Shown here: in pieces, positions 19,514 through 29,643 of the stretch
Layout: the number at the start of each line of letters is the position of its first letter
How positions within the stretch are numbered: the stretch's first letter is position 1
Program-made: the position numbers and the translations under genes
NCBI GenBank assembly: GCA_031409335.1
Contig: JANNWY010000170.1
Location: forward strand, 128,001-192,000
DNA: 64,000 nucleotides
Direction: 5' to 3'
DNA from: Chthoniobacteraceae bacterium
GTDB taxonomy: Bacteria > Verrucomicrobiota > Verrucomicrobiia > Chthoniobacterales > Chthoniobacteraceae
Notes under the pieces: generated by a model
What the model saw: the letters and a program-made list of their open reading frames with translations, nothing else
Told to the model about the DNA's origin: nothing
The model's database searches: none

Positions 19514-20371
19514 ATGAAGTTCCTGCATATTATTTCACTGGCGACAGTCTTGTTCTTCTCGGGACAATTCGTCCCTGCCGCACAAGGCGCAGAGATTAAG
19601 GCCCCGCGAGGCAGTGTCGCGGAGAAAGGGAGGCCAAAGGGGATGTTGACCCGACCAGAAGGTAAAATTGAGCAATTGATCGGCGATAGCCGTTCGGAGC
19701 CGGCGCTTTTCAATGATCCGCCTTCTTCATCGATTCCCGTCAGAAAAGCACTTCAAGTTGAACCAGACCCGGAAGAAAAGAATGAAGGATCGAGTGCTGC
19801 TTTCCTACCCAACACGATGGATGGTCTAAACGATAAACGAAATCTAACGAGCGGTGACAGATTGAGTTTCAAAGTGGTGGAAGACGAGAGTCTGCCTCGC
19901 GGATTAACTGTTACGGATTCTATGGAGATTGATGTTCCTTATCTTGGACGTGTATCCGCAGTAAATAAAACATGCAAACAGTTCGCTTATCACGTCAAGC
20001 GACTTCTGGAAAAGGAGTATTACTTCCAAGCGACAGTGATCGTCGGTTTGGATTCGGCCGGCAGTTCAGGGCGCGTGGCCTCCAGAGGAAAATTCTATCT
20101 TATGGGGCAAGTGCGCAATCAAGGTGCGATGGATATACCCGCAGACGAGGTCTTAAAAGTCACCACTGCAATCCTGCGGGCTGGGGGCTTTGGGCCATAC
20201 GCAAACAAGCGAAAGGTGAGACTTGTTCGGGCAACGAAAGATGGCCAGAAAGCCAAGCCGAAGATTATTGATTGCGCTGAGATACTCGACGATGGACTCT
20301 GGGACAAGGACGTCGAAATCATTCCAGGCGACGTCATCACGGTTCCAGAAAGACTAATCAACATTTTTTAG
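19514..20371 (+). CDS. wza: Polysaccharide export OPX protein (short Wza-like; Poly_export + SLBB)
   Basis: LTSGDRLSFKV, IDVPYLGRV, YLMGQVRNQG, AILRAGGF, IIPGDVITVPE. Confidence 0.85.
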   Translation: MKFLHIISLATVLFFSGQFVPAAQGAEIKAPRGSVAEKGRPKGMLTRPEGKIEQLIGDSRSEPALFNDPPSSSIPVRKALQVEPDPEEKNEGSSAAFLPNTMDGLNDKRNLTSGDRLSFKVVEDESLPRGLTVTDSMEIDVPYLGRVSAVNKTCKQFAYHVKRLLEKEYYFQATVIVGLDSAGSSGRVASRGKFYLMGQVRNQGAMDIPADEVLKVTTAILRAGGFGPYANKRKVRLVRATKDGQKAKPKIIDCAEILDDGLWDKDVEIIPGDVITVPERLINIF

Positions 20372-20442
20372 GACGAACCATTGGACTGGCAGTTGCAAGG
20401 GCAGAAAATAATGGACGTGTAGCAATTCACTGACCGCATAAA

Positions 20443-22545
20443 ATGTCAGACTCAACGAACAACTCGAACGCGCAAGGCGACTCATCGCAGTCGGTTTTGT
20501 CGAAGATCCAACGCTATTCTTGGACGTTCAGGAAATGGTGGTGGGTGATCCTTATCACAACGGGTTTGGGAATCGCCTGGGCAGCATGGTCCAACTCGAA
20601 AAAGCCGCCAGCTTACCTTTCCCATGCTCGGATGATGGTCAGCGGCCGAATCGCGCTCCCCGAAGGTGCAACCCTCAACGAAAGCGGCGCGAACTTTTAC
20701 GGGGACCAAATGAGGCTTATGGAAAGCTCAAAAGTGCGTCAACGCGCGGCAACCTTGGTGGAGAATAAATTCCAAGAGTTGCGTGCAAGCCCTGTATTCT
20801 TGACTGTTTCACTCGAGAAAGGAACCTCGTTTTTTAACCTCTCGGCCTTCGGTGAAGAACCAAACTATACGGAGGCTTTCTTGAATGCTTCAATGGAGGC
20901 ATATATCAAGTTCAAGCGAGAAATGTGGGATGATCTCATCGCTAAGAAACAAATAGCGCTGGTCGAAGCTGAATTAAAGGAAGTAAAGGAACTGGACTCC
21001 GGATTCGCACAAATTATTGAATTCAAGAAACGCCATAGCGTTGCAGCACTTGAAGAAGAGGGCAATAGCGCCGCTAAGCGCCTCGCCCAGTTAAATGCAA
21101 GATTGGCGCAGAAAAAGGAGGATTATGATCTTCTTAAAGTCTTGGATGTTGAACAGAATATCGAGCGGAAGCAGCAAAGCCAGAATGGAGGCGACCCGAA
21201 CGATCCCAACTCCGAGGCGATCCCCGCACCATCTGGAGCCGAGATGGAATACTTGAAGGCCAAACAGACTGTCGAAGAACTCAAAGCGGAGAAAATGCGA
21301 AGGAGTAAAGTAATGCGCCCAAAACATCCTTTGATGGTTCGAATCGCGGCTGAAATATCGAACCAAGAAAGCTTAATCCAGCTTTACTACGATCAGAGTC
21401 TTGTGATGCTTGCGAGCAAGCGGGAATCGATTCGATTGGAGATATTGAATCTGGAAAAAGCGGTTAAAGAACAAAGTGAGAAAACGTTAGAATCTGAGGG
21501 CCGTTTGGCTGAATTCGAAAAGATTCGGACGAAAGTGGAACAGTCGAGATCACAGCAAAAGAGTCTCAATCTCAGCACCGAGAAAGTTGCGTTGGACGCA
21601 CGACTTCAAGACGATGTGGTCAACATAATGGATCAAGCCTCTACGCCAGAGCTCACAAAAGCGGGTTTGATAAAGGATCTTTGCATTGGGGCGCTCTGCG
21701 GAGGAATGATTGGACTCGTGGTGGTCCTTATCATTGGGACATTGGACGATCGGGTAACGTCATCCATCGAACTGCGGGAACGATTTCCCGAAGTATTGCT
21801 CGGCCATATCCCGCTTGAGGTATCGACGGATGCTGGAAGGGTAAGCATGCTTACCGTCAACAACAAACAGGGCATCTTTGTTGAGGCCTATCGGAATCTC
21901 CGTTCAACGCTGCATTTTATGTCGCTTGAAGAACCGAGACCCAAGGCATTTCTAGTCACGAGCGCTGTCCCTGGAGAAGGAAAATCGACAGTGGCAGTAA
22001 ATCTTGGAATTATACTTGCCAGTGGCGGCTCCAGGACACTGTTGATTGACGCTGACTTAAGAAAGGGTCTCTTACATACCTACTTCAAAGTTGAATCGTC
22101 ACCTGGATTAATTGAAGTATTGGATGGGTCCGTAAAGTGGCAGGATGCGTTGGTGGCGACCGATATAAAACATTTAACGCTCCTACCGCGCGGCAAGAGC
22201 AGCGTTGGACCAAGTGAATTTTTCATGTCCGAGGCATCTGACCAATTCCTGAGAGAGGTTTATGCGGCGGGTTATGACCGTATCATCTTGGACAGTGCTC
22301 CAATCCTCGCCACAGATGATACGGCGTGCCTCGCTCCAAAGATCGACGCAACATTGTTTGTAGTTCGAGCTGAGGCAAGCTCAATGCGACTGACCCGCAC
22401 TGCGCTGGACGCCCTTCACAAGCGACAGGTCAATGTTCTCGGACTGATTCTAAACGCGGCCAGCCTTCGCTCATCGGAGTATCAATACTACCATAAGTAC
22501 GGGGACTACTATTCCGACACCGCTCAAGCTGCTTCTACAACGTGA
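20443..22545 (+). CDS. wzc: Polysaccharide co-polymerase / BY tyrosine kinase
   Basis: Two TMs flanking a coiled coil; EAYRNLRS, Walker A GEGKST, LLIDADLR, IILDSAP; Tyr-rich tail YQYYHKYGDYY. Confidence 0.93.
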   Translation: MSDSTNNSNAQGDSSQSVLSKIQRYSWTFRKWWWVILITTGLGIAWAAWSNSKKPPAYLSHARMMVSGRIALPEGATLNESGANFYGDQMRLMESSKVRQRAATLVENKFQELRASPVFLTVSLEKGTSFFNLSAFGEEPNYTEAFLNASMEAYIKFKREMWDDLIAKKQIALVEAELKEVKELDSGFAQIIEFKKRHSVAALEEEGNSAAKRLAQLNARLAQKKEDYDLLKVLDVEQNIERKQQSQNGGDPNDPNSEAIPAPSGAEMEYLKAKQTVEELKAEKMRRSKVMRPKHPLMVRIAAEISNQESLIQLYYDQSLVMLASKRESIRLEILNLEKAVKEQSEKTLESEGRLAEFEKIRTKVEQSRSQQKSLNLSTEKVALDARLQDDVVNIMDQASTPELTKAGLIKDLCIGALCGGMIGLVVVLIIGTLDDRVTSSIELRERFPEVLLGHIPLEVSTDAGRVSMLTVNNKQGIFVEAYRNLRSTLHFMSLEEPRPKAFLVTSAVPGEGKSTVAVNLGIILASGGSRTLLIDADLRKGLLHTYFKVESSPGLIEVLDGSVKWQDALVATDIKHLTLLPRGKSSVGPSEFFMSEASDQFLREVYAAGYDRIILDSAPILATDDTACLAPKIDATLFVVRAEASSMRLTRTALDALHKRQVNVLGLILNAASLRSSEYQYYHKYGDYYSDTAQAASTT

Positions 22546-22711
22546 AGACAACCTTTGGTTGTTCGCTGTGAAGTTGCGAAAATCAATTTGAGGTCGCTGT
22601 CCGGAAATGTTTTTAACCGCTCGCAGATGAGGCACCGAAACCATATTTATCCGGTAGCAGGATTTTTGTTCCGAGAGTGGGAAATCAGGCGATAGAAAAA
22701 ACAATCTCAAT

Positions 22712-23569
22712 GTGCATTACGAGGTAGTCATTCGCCCAAACAACAGTTGGCTGACTACTGACTGGCGTGATCTCTTAGCCTACCGCGATCTACTCTGGCA
22801 GTTTGTTCGGCGCGACTATACCGCACGCTTCAAACAAACGATTCTCGGACCACTTTGGTTCATCCTGAACCCATTGATCACAACGGTTGTTTTTGCTGTG
22901 ATCTTCGGACGTGTGATGGAGTCAACGCCACCAGGAATTCCGGCTTTAATCTTTTTCAATAGCGGTCTTATTGCTTGGAATTACTTCTCCGCCCTCCTTG
23001 CTTCCACAGGGAATACACTTCAGGGAAATGTTCATCTGTTCAGCAAAGTCTATTTTCCGCGACTGATCGTACCCATAGCGCAAGTCGTTTCCAATCTGAT
23101 TGGATTGGCGGTGCAGATGCTTACCTTTGGATGCCTCGTTCTGTATGTGTGGCTAACCGACCCGGCATTTAAGAATCTTCAGTTTGGCTGGACCATCCTT
23201 TTACTTCCTCTATTGCTGCTTCATGTCGCTCTCCTTGCGCTTGGTGCTGGGCTTTTCCTTTCAGCCATTACCGCCAAGTATCGAGACCTCCAGAATCTAC
23301 TCGGATTTTTTATTAACTCAATGATGTTCGTCACGCCAGTAATGTGGCCGCTTTCTACTCTTGAGGCGAAGTTTCCAGAAAGCTATGAACTGTTTATGAT
23401 TCTTAATCCCATGATCAGCATCGTCGAAGGATTTCGCCTGGCGTTGATTGGGGCTGGATCGTTCTCTGCGACTTACTACACCTTGTCAGTTGTTTCGAGT
23501 ATTGTGTTACTGTTTTGTGGCCTTGTGCTATTCGAACGTGCGGCCCGCTCCTTTGTAGATCAGGCATAG
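22712..23569 (+). CDS. wzm: ABC-2 polysaccharide transporter permease
   Basis: YRDLLWQFVRRDYTARFKQTILGPLW, SKVYFPR, KYRDL, LNPM; GTG start. Confidence 0.92.
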   Translation: MHYEVVIRPNNSWLTTDWRDLLAYRDLLWQFVRRDYTARFKQTILGPLWFILNPLITTVVFAVIFGRVMESTPPGIPALIFFNSGLIAWNYFSALLASTGNTLQGNVHLFSKVYFPRLIVPIAQVVSNLIGLAVQMLTFGCLVLYVWLTDPAFKNLQFGWTILLLPLLLLHVALLALGAGLFLSAITAKYRDLQNLLGFFINSMMFVTPVMWPLSTLEAKFPESYELFMILNPMISIVEGFRLALIGAGSFSATYYTLSVVSSIVLLFCGLVLFERAARSFVDQA

Positions 23570-23572
23570 TCT

Positions 23573-24835
23573 ATGAGCGAGCCTATGATCTCTGTCCGCG
23601 GAGTGTCGAAGCGATACCGCCTCGGAACGGTTGGCATGACCAGTTTGCGGGACGATTTACAACGGCTTTGGCGCTCTCCCACTTCGGATCCGTCGAACCA
23701 CGGTGATTTCTGGGCGCTGAAGGATGTTTCATTTGACGTTGAGCCTGGCGAAATTGTGGGGCTTATTGGAAGGAACGGTGCTGGAAAAAGCACACTCCTG
23801 AAAGTCCTCTCGCGCATTACTGAGCCGTCTGCTGGCGAGATACGTCTGCGTGGCCGAATCGGTTCACTTCTCGAAGTTGGCGCTGGATTTCATCCAGAGC
23901 TCTCGGGGCGCGACAATATCTACCTAAACGGTGCGATCCTGGGTATGAGCCGAGCCGAAATCACGCGCAAATTCGACGAAATCGTCGCGTTTGCTGAAAT
24001 AGAGAAATTCATCGACACACCGGTCAAGCGATACTCCAGCGGGATGTATGTCCGTTTGGCGTTCGCCGTCGCCGCGCATTTGGAGCCTGAGATTTTGATA
24101 ATCGACGAAGTTCTGGCCGTGGGCGATCAGCAGTTTCAAAAGAAGTGTCTTGGCAAGATGCAGGACGTTTCGCGCCGGGAAGGACGGACCGTGCTGGTCG
24201 TCAGCCACACGATGCCGGTGATCCTGCAATTGGCGCACCGCTGCGTGGTTCTTGAGCAGGGTGAAGTGCGCTTTACCGGAGCTCCGGCCAAGGCGGTCGA
24301 GATTTACCTGAACGAAACCGGAGCGGGAACCAGCGTCCACTTTGACGTGGAGAATACGCAGCGCAAGTTCATGGGAACGCTCGACGCAAAAATCATTCAT
24401 CTGCGCTTTCCGCGGACTCTTCCCATATTCGAGGCTCACGAGGATCTCAGATTCGTTGCGAAAATTCGCGCGCGGGATCGGATTGAGAATGCCAGGGTGA
24501 GCATGGTAGTGTTTGCCAGTGAAGGAACCCCGGTCGGAGCCTGCTTCAGCGATGGAGTCTTGCAACTCGGACCGGGTGAGGAAGCTGAACTTGAGGTAAC
24601 TCTCTCGGATCCCGGCCTCGCTCCAGGCGCATACTACTGCGGCGTGGCGATCGGAAAGGGTTCTTATAAAACGGGACACATTGATTTCGATGTGGTTCTT
24701 GAAACGCTGCATTTCGAGGTCTGTGCCGCGCCGGGTGAGGACACGGCGGTTTCACATTGGTGCCATCAGTGGGGACGCATCGTTTTCAAAGACCTGGCGG
24801 TTCGGCAGTCGAGCGCGGAACTGGCCGGCGTCTGA
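23573..24835 (+). CDS. wzt: ABC polysaccharide transporter ATPase with C-terminal Wzt_C domain
   Basis: GRNGAGKSTLLK, YSSGMYVRLAF, ILIIDEVLAVGD; ~170-aa C-terminal beta domain (LAPGAYY). Confidence 0.93.
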   Translation: MSEPMISVRGVSKRYRLGTVGMTSLRDDLQRLWRSPTSDPSNHGDFWALKDVSFDVEPGEIVGLIGRNGAGKSTLLKVLSRITEPSAGEIRLRGRIGSLLEVGAGFHPELSGRDNIYLNGAILGMSRAEITRKFDEIVAFAEIEKFIDTPVKRYSSGMYVRLAFAVAAHLEPEILIIDEVLAVGDQQFQKKCLGKMQDVSRREGRTVLVVSHTMPVILQLAHRCVVLEQGEVRFTGAPAKAVEIYLNETGAGTSVHFDVENTQRKFMGTLDAKIIHLRFPRTLPIFEAHEDLRFVAKIRARDRIENARVSMVVFASEGTPVGACFSDGVLQLGPGEEAELEVTLSDPGLAPGAYYCGVAIGKGSYKTGHIDFDVVLETLHFEVCAAPGEDTAVSHWCHQWGRIVFKDLAVRQSSAELAGV

Positions 24836-24838
24836 GCG

Positions 24839-25582
24839 ATGAGCTGCGACTACTCCATCCACTACCAGCGATTCCACGACGACAGTGAGACCCATGCGAT
24901 GGAGATGGCGGAATGGCTGGGCATCTATCTCAAAGCAGATTTGCCCGAAGATCGCTCCCAGCCGGCTCTCGATGTCGGTTGTGGCTTCGGTTTCGCACTG
25001 CGGGCGCTGCGGGCTTCGGGATTTTCCGATGTGCGGGGAATCGAAATCTCCGAGCACCAGGCCGAGATTTCCCGCCGGGGCGGCTTTGAAGTGCCGGTCG
25101 TATCGGATACTGTCGCATATCTGCAGGAACATCGGGCACGCTTCGGCCTCATCCTGCTGCTCGACGTGCTCGAACACGTCCCAGTATGTGCACAGATCCA
25201 TCTGGCGCGCGCGATTCGGGAAGCCCTCCGGCCCGGCGGACGCCTCATCGTGACTGTCCCGAACGCAAACTCACCCCTCGCCGCGCGGTGGCGTTACATT
25301 GATTTCACCCACTGCTGCAGTTTCACCGAGCACTCACTGTTCTTCGTTCTAAGCAATGCCGGTTTTGGCAACATCAAGATGGATAACAGCCAGGGAATTG
25401 GCGCGTTTCCAAAACGCTGGTGGCTGCGGGAACAGCGCGACGCTCTGCGCAGGTGGCTGGTACGTTTCGCATGGCTGCAGGTGTTCAAATCGGAACTGCA
25501 TCCAAGCGAGAAACTCAGCGATATTTGCTTTGAGTTGAATCTGAAGGCTGTTGCCTTCAATGAGTCCGCCGTGTCGTCCTAG
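24839..25582 (+). CDS. Class I SAM-dependent methyltransferase
   Basis: ALDVGCGFG, DVLEHVP, LRPGGRLIVTVPN, DFTH. Confidence 0.88.
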   Translation: MSCDYSIHYQRFHDDSETHAMEMAEWLGIYLKADLPEDRSQPALDVGCGFGFALRALRASGFSDVRGIEISEHQAEISRRGGFEVPVVSDTVAYLQEHRARFGLILLLDVLEHVPVCAQIHLARAIREALRPGGRLIVTVPNANSPLAARWRYIDFTHCCSFTEHSLFFVLSNAGFGNIKMDNSQGIGAFPKRWWLREQRDALRRWLVRFAWLQVFKSELHPSEKLSDICFELNLKAVAFNESAVSS

Positions 25583-25601
25583 CCAATCGACGGCCGCATT
25601 T

Positions 25602-26372
25602 ATGAGGAACACGATCAGGCAGATAATGCTTCCTTTGCGGAAGGCGGCGAAACGCTTCGTGAATCCAGTTGCGGAAGTTGCCGCCCCAAACTATATCGCC
25701 TCCCAAGATTCCATTATTTACAAAGCGGCGAGCTTTGCCGCTGTGAACAAGGTGGAAGGCGATTACCTCGAATTTGGCGTATTCAGGGGGGCTTCTTACA
25801 TTTCCGCGTATTACACCCTACGTCATTGCTTTGATGAAGTGATCAGCAGCTTCGGCTTCACCATGTCGGAGGCAGACAGAAAGCTGACCGCTTCCATTTT
25901 CGAGAAGATGCGTTTTTTCGCCTTCGATTCTTTTGAAGGTCTGCCCGCTGTCTCGGATGGCGACACGTCCGGCTTTTTTGAGAAAGGCCAGTTCAGCGCG
26001 AGCTACGATGAATTCCACCGGAATCTAAACGCCGTCGCATTTCCGCAAAAGCGAAGCGTGGTAGTCAGCGGATGGTATGACAAGACTCTGACTCGCGCAG
26101 TGTATGACGAGCATCGCCTTGCCAAAGCGGCGATCGTTCATATTGATTGCGACCTCTACGAATCGACCCGGTCTGTTCTCGAGTTTATTGCCCCGTTGCT
26201 GGTTGACGGCACCATTCTGATTTTCGACGACTGGTTCCACTTTCATGGCCACCCTCAACGGGGAGAACAAAAAGCGTTCAACGAGTGGGCTGCGAAACTC
26301 ACAGGCTGGTCTTTCTGCGACTATCAGCAGGAGGGAACCTGGCGGAAAAGCTTTATTGCGAACAAGCACTAA
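25602..26372 (+). CDS. TylF/MycF-family sugar O-methyltransferase
   Basis: EGDYLEFGVFRG, FDSFEGLP, GWYDKTL, VHIDCDLYES, IFDDW. Confidence 0.88.
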   Translation: MRNTIRQIMLPLRKAAKRFVNPVAEVAAPNYIASQDSIIYKAASFAAVNKVEGDYLEFGVFRGASYISAYYTLRHCFDEVISSFGFTMSEADRKLTASIFEKMRFFAFDSFEGLPAVSDGDTSGFFEKGQFSASYDEFHRNLNAVAFPQKRSVVVSGWYDKTLTRAVYDEHRLAKAAIVHIDCDLYESTRSVLEFIAPLLVDGTILIFDDWFHFHGHPQRGEQKAFNEWAAKLTGWSFCDYQQEGTWRKSFIANKH

Positions 26373-26401
26373 CTTTCCCTGTCCAGTCTGAGCTTTACCG
26401 G

Positions 26402-27628
26402 TTGAATAGCAGGCCATCAGTTGCGCTCGTCAGCCGTTCCAACGCCAGCGGCGGAGGGGCGAGCCGGATTGCCGAGGAATTGGGAGAATGGCTGCTAGCT
26501 GCCGGGTCGCACGCCGTCCACTACTGCGCATCGCCAGTCGGGCCGCTGAAATCCTTCCAAGCCCAGCTCTTTCCTTCCGGCCTCGCAGGCAAACTCTCGC
26601 GCGCCACGCACCGCCTCACGCGTCGCTTCGGTCTGAACGAGCTTATTCCATCGGAGTTCTACGGGACGCTGTCAGGAGTGTTGGGAGAATTCGATGTTGT
26701 CCATTTTCACGATTTGAACGCCGCGATATCGCCCCTGACGCTTAAACTGTCTTCCCGAAAAAAGCGGGTGGTCTTCACTGCACATGACTGCTCCTGCTTT
26801 ACAGGCGGCTGCATTTATCCGCTTCAATGCGAGAGCTATTTGAAAAGCTGCGGAAATTGTCCGCAACTGCCAGCGTTGGGAGCACGCTTCGATCTCACCG
26901 CGGTCAATCTTCGGATTAACCGCTGGCTGGCCCGGCAGGAATCAATCCAATACGTTTTTCCATCGAAGTGGTTGCGGGAAAAGGCGTCGCGCAGCCTCCA
27001 ATTCTCCCGGAATGCCGAGGTCATTCCCAATGGCTTTTGGTACGCAGGCTATGATTTTCGGTCAAAAGCAGTTGCGCGCCGGGAACTCGGAATCCGCGAT
27101 GAGCGCAAGGTTATCCTGGTGGCGGCACACTACCTTGCTGACCCGAGAAAAGGAGTGGCTTTTGCCCTGGCTGCGATTCAGGCGGTGAAAGATTTGGAGC
27201 CACTCGTGATCTTTGTCGGAAACCCGCCCAGCGATCTCGAAGTCAGGATGCCAGGGATATGCTTTTGGCTTGCTGGATTCGTCAGTGACAAACGGAAGCT
27301 GGGATCGATCTATTCGGCTTCGGATGTCTTTTTGTTTCCTTCATTGGAAGACAATCTGCCGATCATGGTGCAGGAAGCTATGGCGGCGGGAACTCCGGTT
27401 GTCGGGTTTGCCGTAGGTGGCGTTCCTGAAATGGTGGAGGATCGCCGCACGGGATGGCTGTGCGCACCCGCCGATCAATCCGCACTCAATCAGAACCTGC
27501 GGGAAGCTCTCACCAGCGAGGATCTCCCGGGATTTGGAGTATCTGCCCAAGCCGATGTGCGTGAACGTTTCAGTGTCGATGACTTCGGCAGGAAGCATCT
27601 GGAACTTTACGAGGAGATGGGAAAGTGA
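26402..27628 (+). CDS. GT4 glycosyltransferase (WcaC-like)
   Basis: GGGA, FTAHDCSCFTGGC..CP, DPRKG, FPSLEDNLP..EAMAAGTPVVGF; probable TTG start at 26402. Confidence 0.88.
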   Translation: MNSRPSVALVSRSNASGGGASRIAEELGEWLLAAGSHAVHYCASPVGPLKSFQAQLFPSGLAGKLSRATHRLTRRFGLNELIPSEFYGTLSGVLGEFDVVHFHDLNAAISPLTLKLSSRKKRVVFTAHDCSCFTGGCIYPLQCESYLKSCGNCPQLPALGARFDLTAVNLRINRWLARQESIQYVFPSKWLREKASRSLQFSRNAEVIPNGFWYAGYDFRSKAVARRELGIRDERKVILVAAHYLADPRKGVAFALAAIQAVKDLEPLVIFVGNPPSDLEVRMPGICFWLAGFVSDKRKLGSIYSASDVFLFPSLEDNLPIMVQEAMAAGTPVVGFAVGGVPEMVEDRRTGWLCAPADQSALNQNLREALTSEDLPGFGVSAQADVRERFSVDDFGRKHLELYEEMGK

Positions 27629-29643
27629 AGTCCGCAGCATCGTTTGACGTATTCGACACTCTTTTGACGCGCAGGGTCGCGACCCCGACGAGTCTGTTCA
27701 TCATCCTTGGCGACCGTGCGATGCGGGCCGGATTGATCGAAGGCACGGCGTCACACTTCCGCGACCAGCGGATCAAGGCCGAGGAAGAAGCCCGGATGTC
27801 CAGTCCCGGGAGGGAAGTCACACTGGAGGATATTTACGGTGCTTTGACATCGAAGCTCGGAATAGCCGCGGAGGTCGGCCGTGCTTTGGCGCAGTTGGAA
27901 ATGGACTTGGAAGCCGAGTCAATTACTCCGGTGCCCGCCGCGCATGAGATGGTGCGTGCGGCAAGGAGTCGGAATTCCGGGATAATCTTCATCTCGGATA
28001 TGTATCTTCCAGCACCATTCATCCGCGCCCGACTGGAAGAGCATGGCTTCTGGCAGGACGGTGACCGGCTGTATGTTTCGAGTGAATGGAAGGCTTCCAA
28101 AGCGGAAGGTTCGCTATTCCAGACGATTCTCGTACGCGAGCAATTGCGTCCGGCGGCGGTTCATCACACCGGAGACCGGCGCGATGCGGATTTCGATCAA
28201 CCTTTGAGATTCGGCATGAAGGCAAGCCACCTGGATGCCTGCCGTCTCACGCGCTACGAGGAAATGCTGGAGGAGTTCGCGGTGGAATCGGCTGGCTTTT
28301 CCTCGCTAGTCGCGGGAACGAGTCGCCTCGCGCGGTTGCAAAATCAGCCGGCGAACAAGCATGAAGCGACAATCTCCGAAATTGCCGGTTCGCTGATTTC
28401 GCCAGTCATCACATTCTACGCCCTGTGGCTTCTCCGGGAGGCCCGGAAGCGCGGGCTCCAAAGATTATACTTCGTCGCCCGCGACGGCTACCTCGTTAAG
28501 AAAGTGGCGGATGCCTTGATCCAGGCACTGGGTTTGAGTTTAGAGTCGCGCTACCTTTATGGCAGCCGCCAGGCCTGGCACCTTCCCGCAATCACCGATT
28601 TCTCGGCCGATTCCCTGTCATGGCTTTTCGAGAAGACCCGAACCCTGACCCTGCGCATCATCCTGGGCCGGTTGCAGACGGCTCCGGAGGACATGTCCGA
28701 AAATCTGACCTCGCTGGGCTGGCCTTCGTCGAAATGGGATCGACGCCTTGATGACGAATCGTTGAACCAATTGCGCGGAGATTTGCTGGGGAGCACTGCC
28801 TTTCGCGGATACGTCGAAAAGCTGGTCGAATCGAAGCGGGAGACGACCGTGCGCTATCTGGAACAGGAGGGATTGTTCGACCCAACGCCGTGGGCCATCG
28901 TCGATCTCGGCTGGCATGGCCGGCTGCAACAATCGCTGGAGAAGTTGCTGGCGACGAAACAACCCGTAAAGACGGTGGGACTATACTTTGGGTTGTATTC
29001 GGATTCGCCGGCAATCGCACAGTTACAGACGGCTTCCTATCTCGATTGGGATATGAGGAGTCCTCCTGAATCGAAAGACATTCCATCACTGGTTTTTCTC
29101 ATGGAAAGCTTCTGCACGGCACCGCACGGCTCCACTGTCGGATATCAACTGCAGGCCGATCGCAATGTCGTTCCCCAATGCCGGGAGCAAGGTTTTGCAC
29201 CACTCGAGAAATGGGGCATCGCTTCTGTCCATGCCACGGTCGAGGCTTTTGCGAAAAAGCTGGGAGAGCTTCGTCTGGACGACAAAATGATGGAGTGGGA
29301 TGCGAAACCCGCCTTGCTTCAGATTTTGGGAGCATTTTCCAAAAATCCCCCGGCCGCAGAGGCTCGCGCATGGGGTGCGTTTCCATACGAGGATGAGCAG
29401 GCTGGCAGCGTGCGGGAACGACTTACCAAGGGTTACGAACTTACTTGGGAGAACTTGCGAATAGCGCTGACGTTCGGCGATGAGCGATTGCTGCCGGCAT
29501 CGTGGAATGTGCTTTGGCATGGCGGGCAAACGCACATGCTTTCCGTGAACAATGTGCTGCTAAGAATGGCGCTCAGGCTGGGGTCGACCAAGCGGGCGAT
29601 GGGACAACTCGCACGGCGGTTTGTCAGCCTCCGAGTCTGTTGA
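27625..29643 (+). CDS. HAD phosphatase fused to a PRT-like domain; probable ribofuranosyltransferase
   Basis: SFDVFDTLLTR, ISDMY, HTGD...D (HAD motifs); FVARDG and VDLGWHGRLQ in the C-terminal half. Confidence 0.7.
   Translation: MKSAASFDVFDTLLTRRVATPTSLFIILGDRAMRAGLIEGTASHFRDQRIKAEEEARMSSPGREVTLEDIYGALTSKLGIAAEVGRALAQLEMDLEAESITPVPAAHEMVRAARSRNSGIIFISDMYLPAPFIRARLEEHGFWQDGDRLYVSSEWKASKAEGSLFQTILVREQLRPAAVHHTGDRRDADFDQPLRFGMKASHLDACRLTRYEEMLEEFAVESAGFSSLVAGTSRLARLQNQPANKHEATISEIAGSLISPVITFYALWLLREARKRGLQRLYFVARDGYLVKKVADALIQALGLSLESRYLYGSRQAWHLPAITDFSADSLSWLFEKTRTLTLRIILGRLQTAPEDMSENLTSLGWPSSKWDRRLDDESLNQLRGDLLGSTAFRGYVEKLVESKRETTVRYLEQEGLFDPTPWAIVDLGWHGRLQQSLEKLLATKQPVKTVGLYFGLYSDSPAIAQLQTASYLDWDMRSPPESKDIPSLVFLMESFCTAPHGSTVGYQLQADRNVVPQCREQGFAPLEKWGIASVHATVEAFAKKLGELRLDDKMMEWDAKPALLQILGAFSKNPPAAEARAWGAFPYEDEQAGSVRERLTKGYELTWENLRIALTFGDERLLPASWNVLWHGGQTHMLSVNNVLLRMALRLGSTKRAMGQLARRFVSLRVC

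Noticed and set aside
20381..20397. TTGGACTGGCAGTTGCA as a sigma54 promoter before wzc
   Set aside because: GG-N10-GC spacing fits, but the CAC after GG is absent and it lies in a 71-bp intra-operon gap; likely chance.
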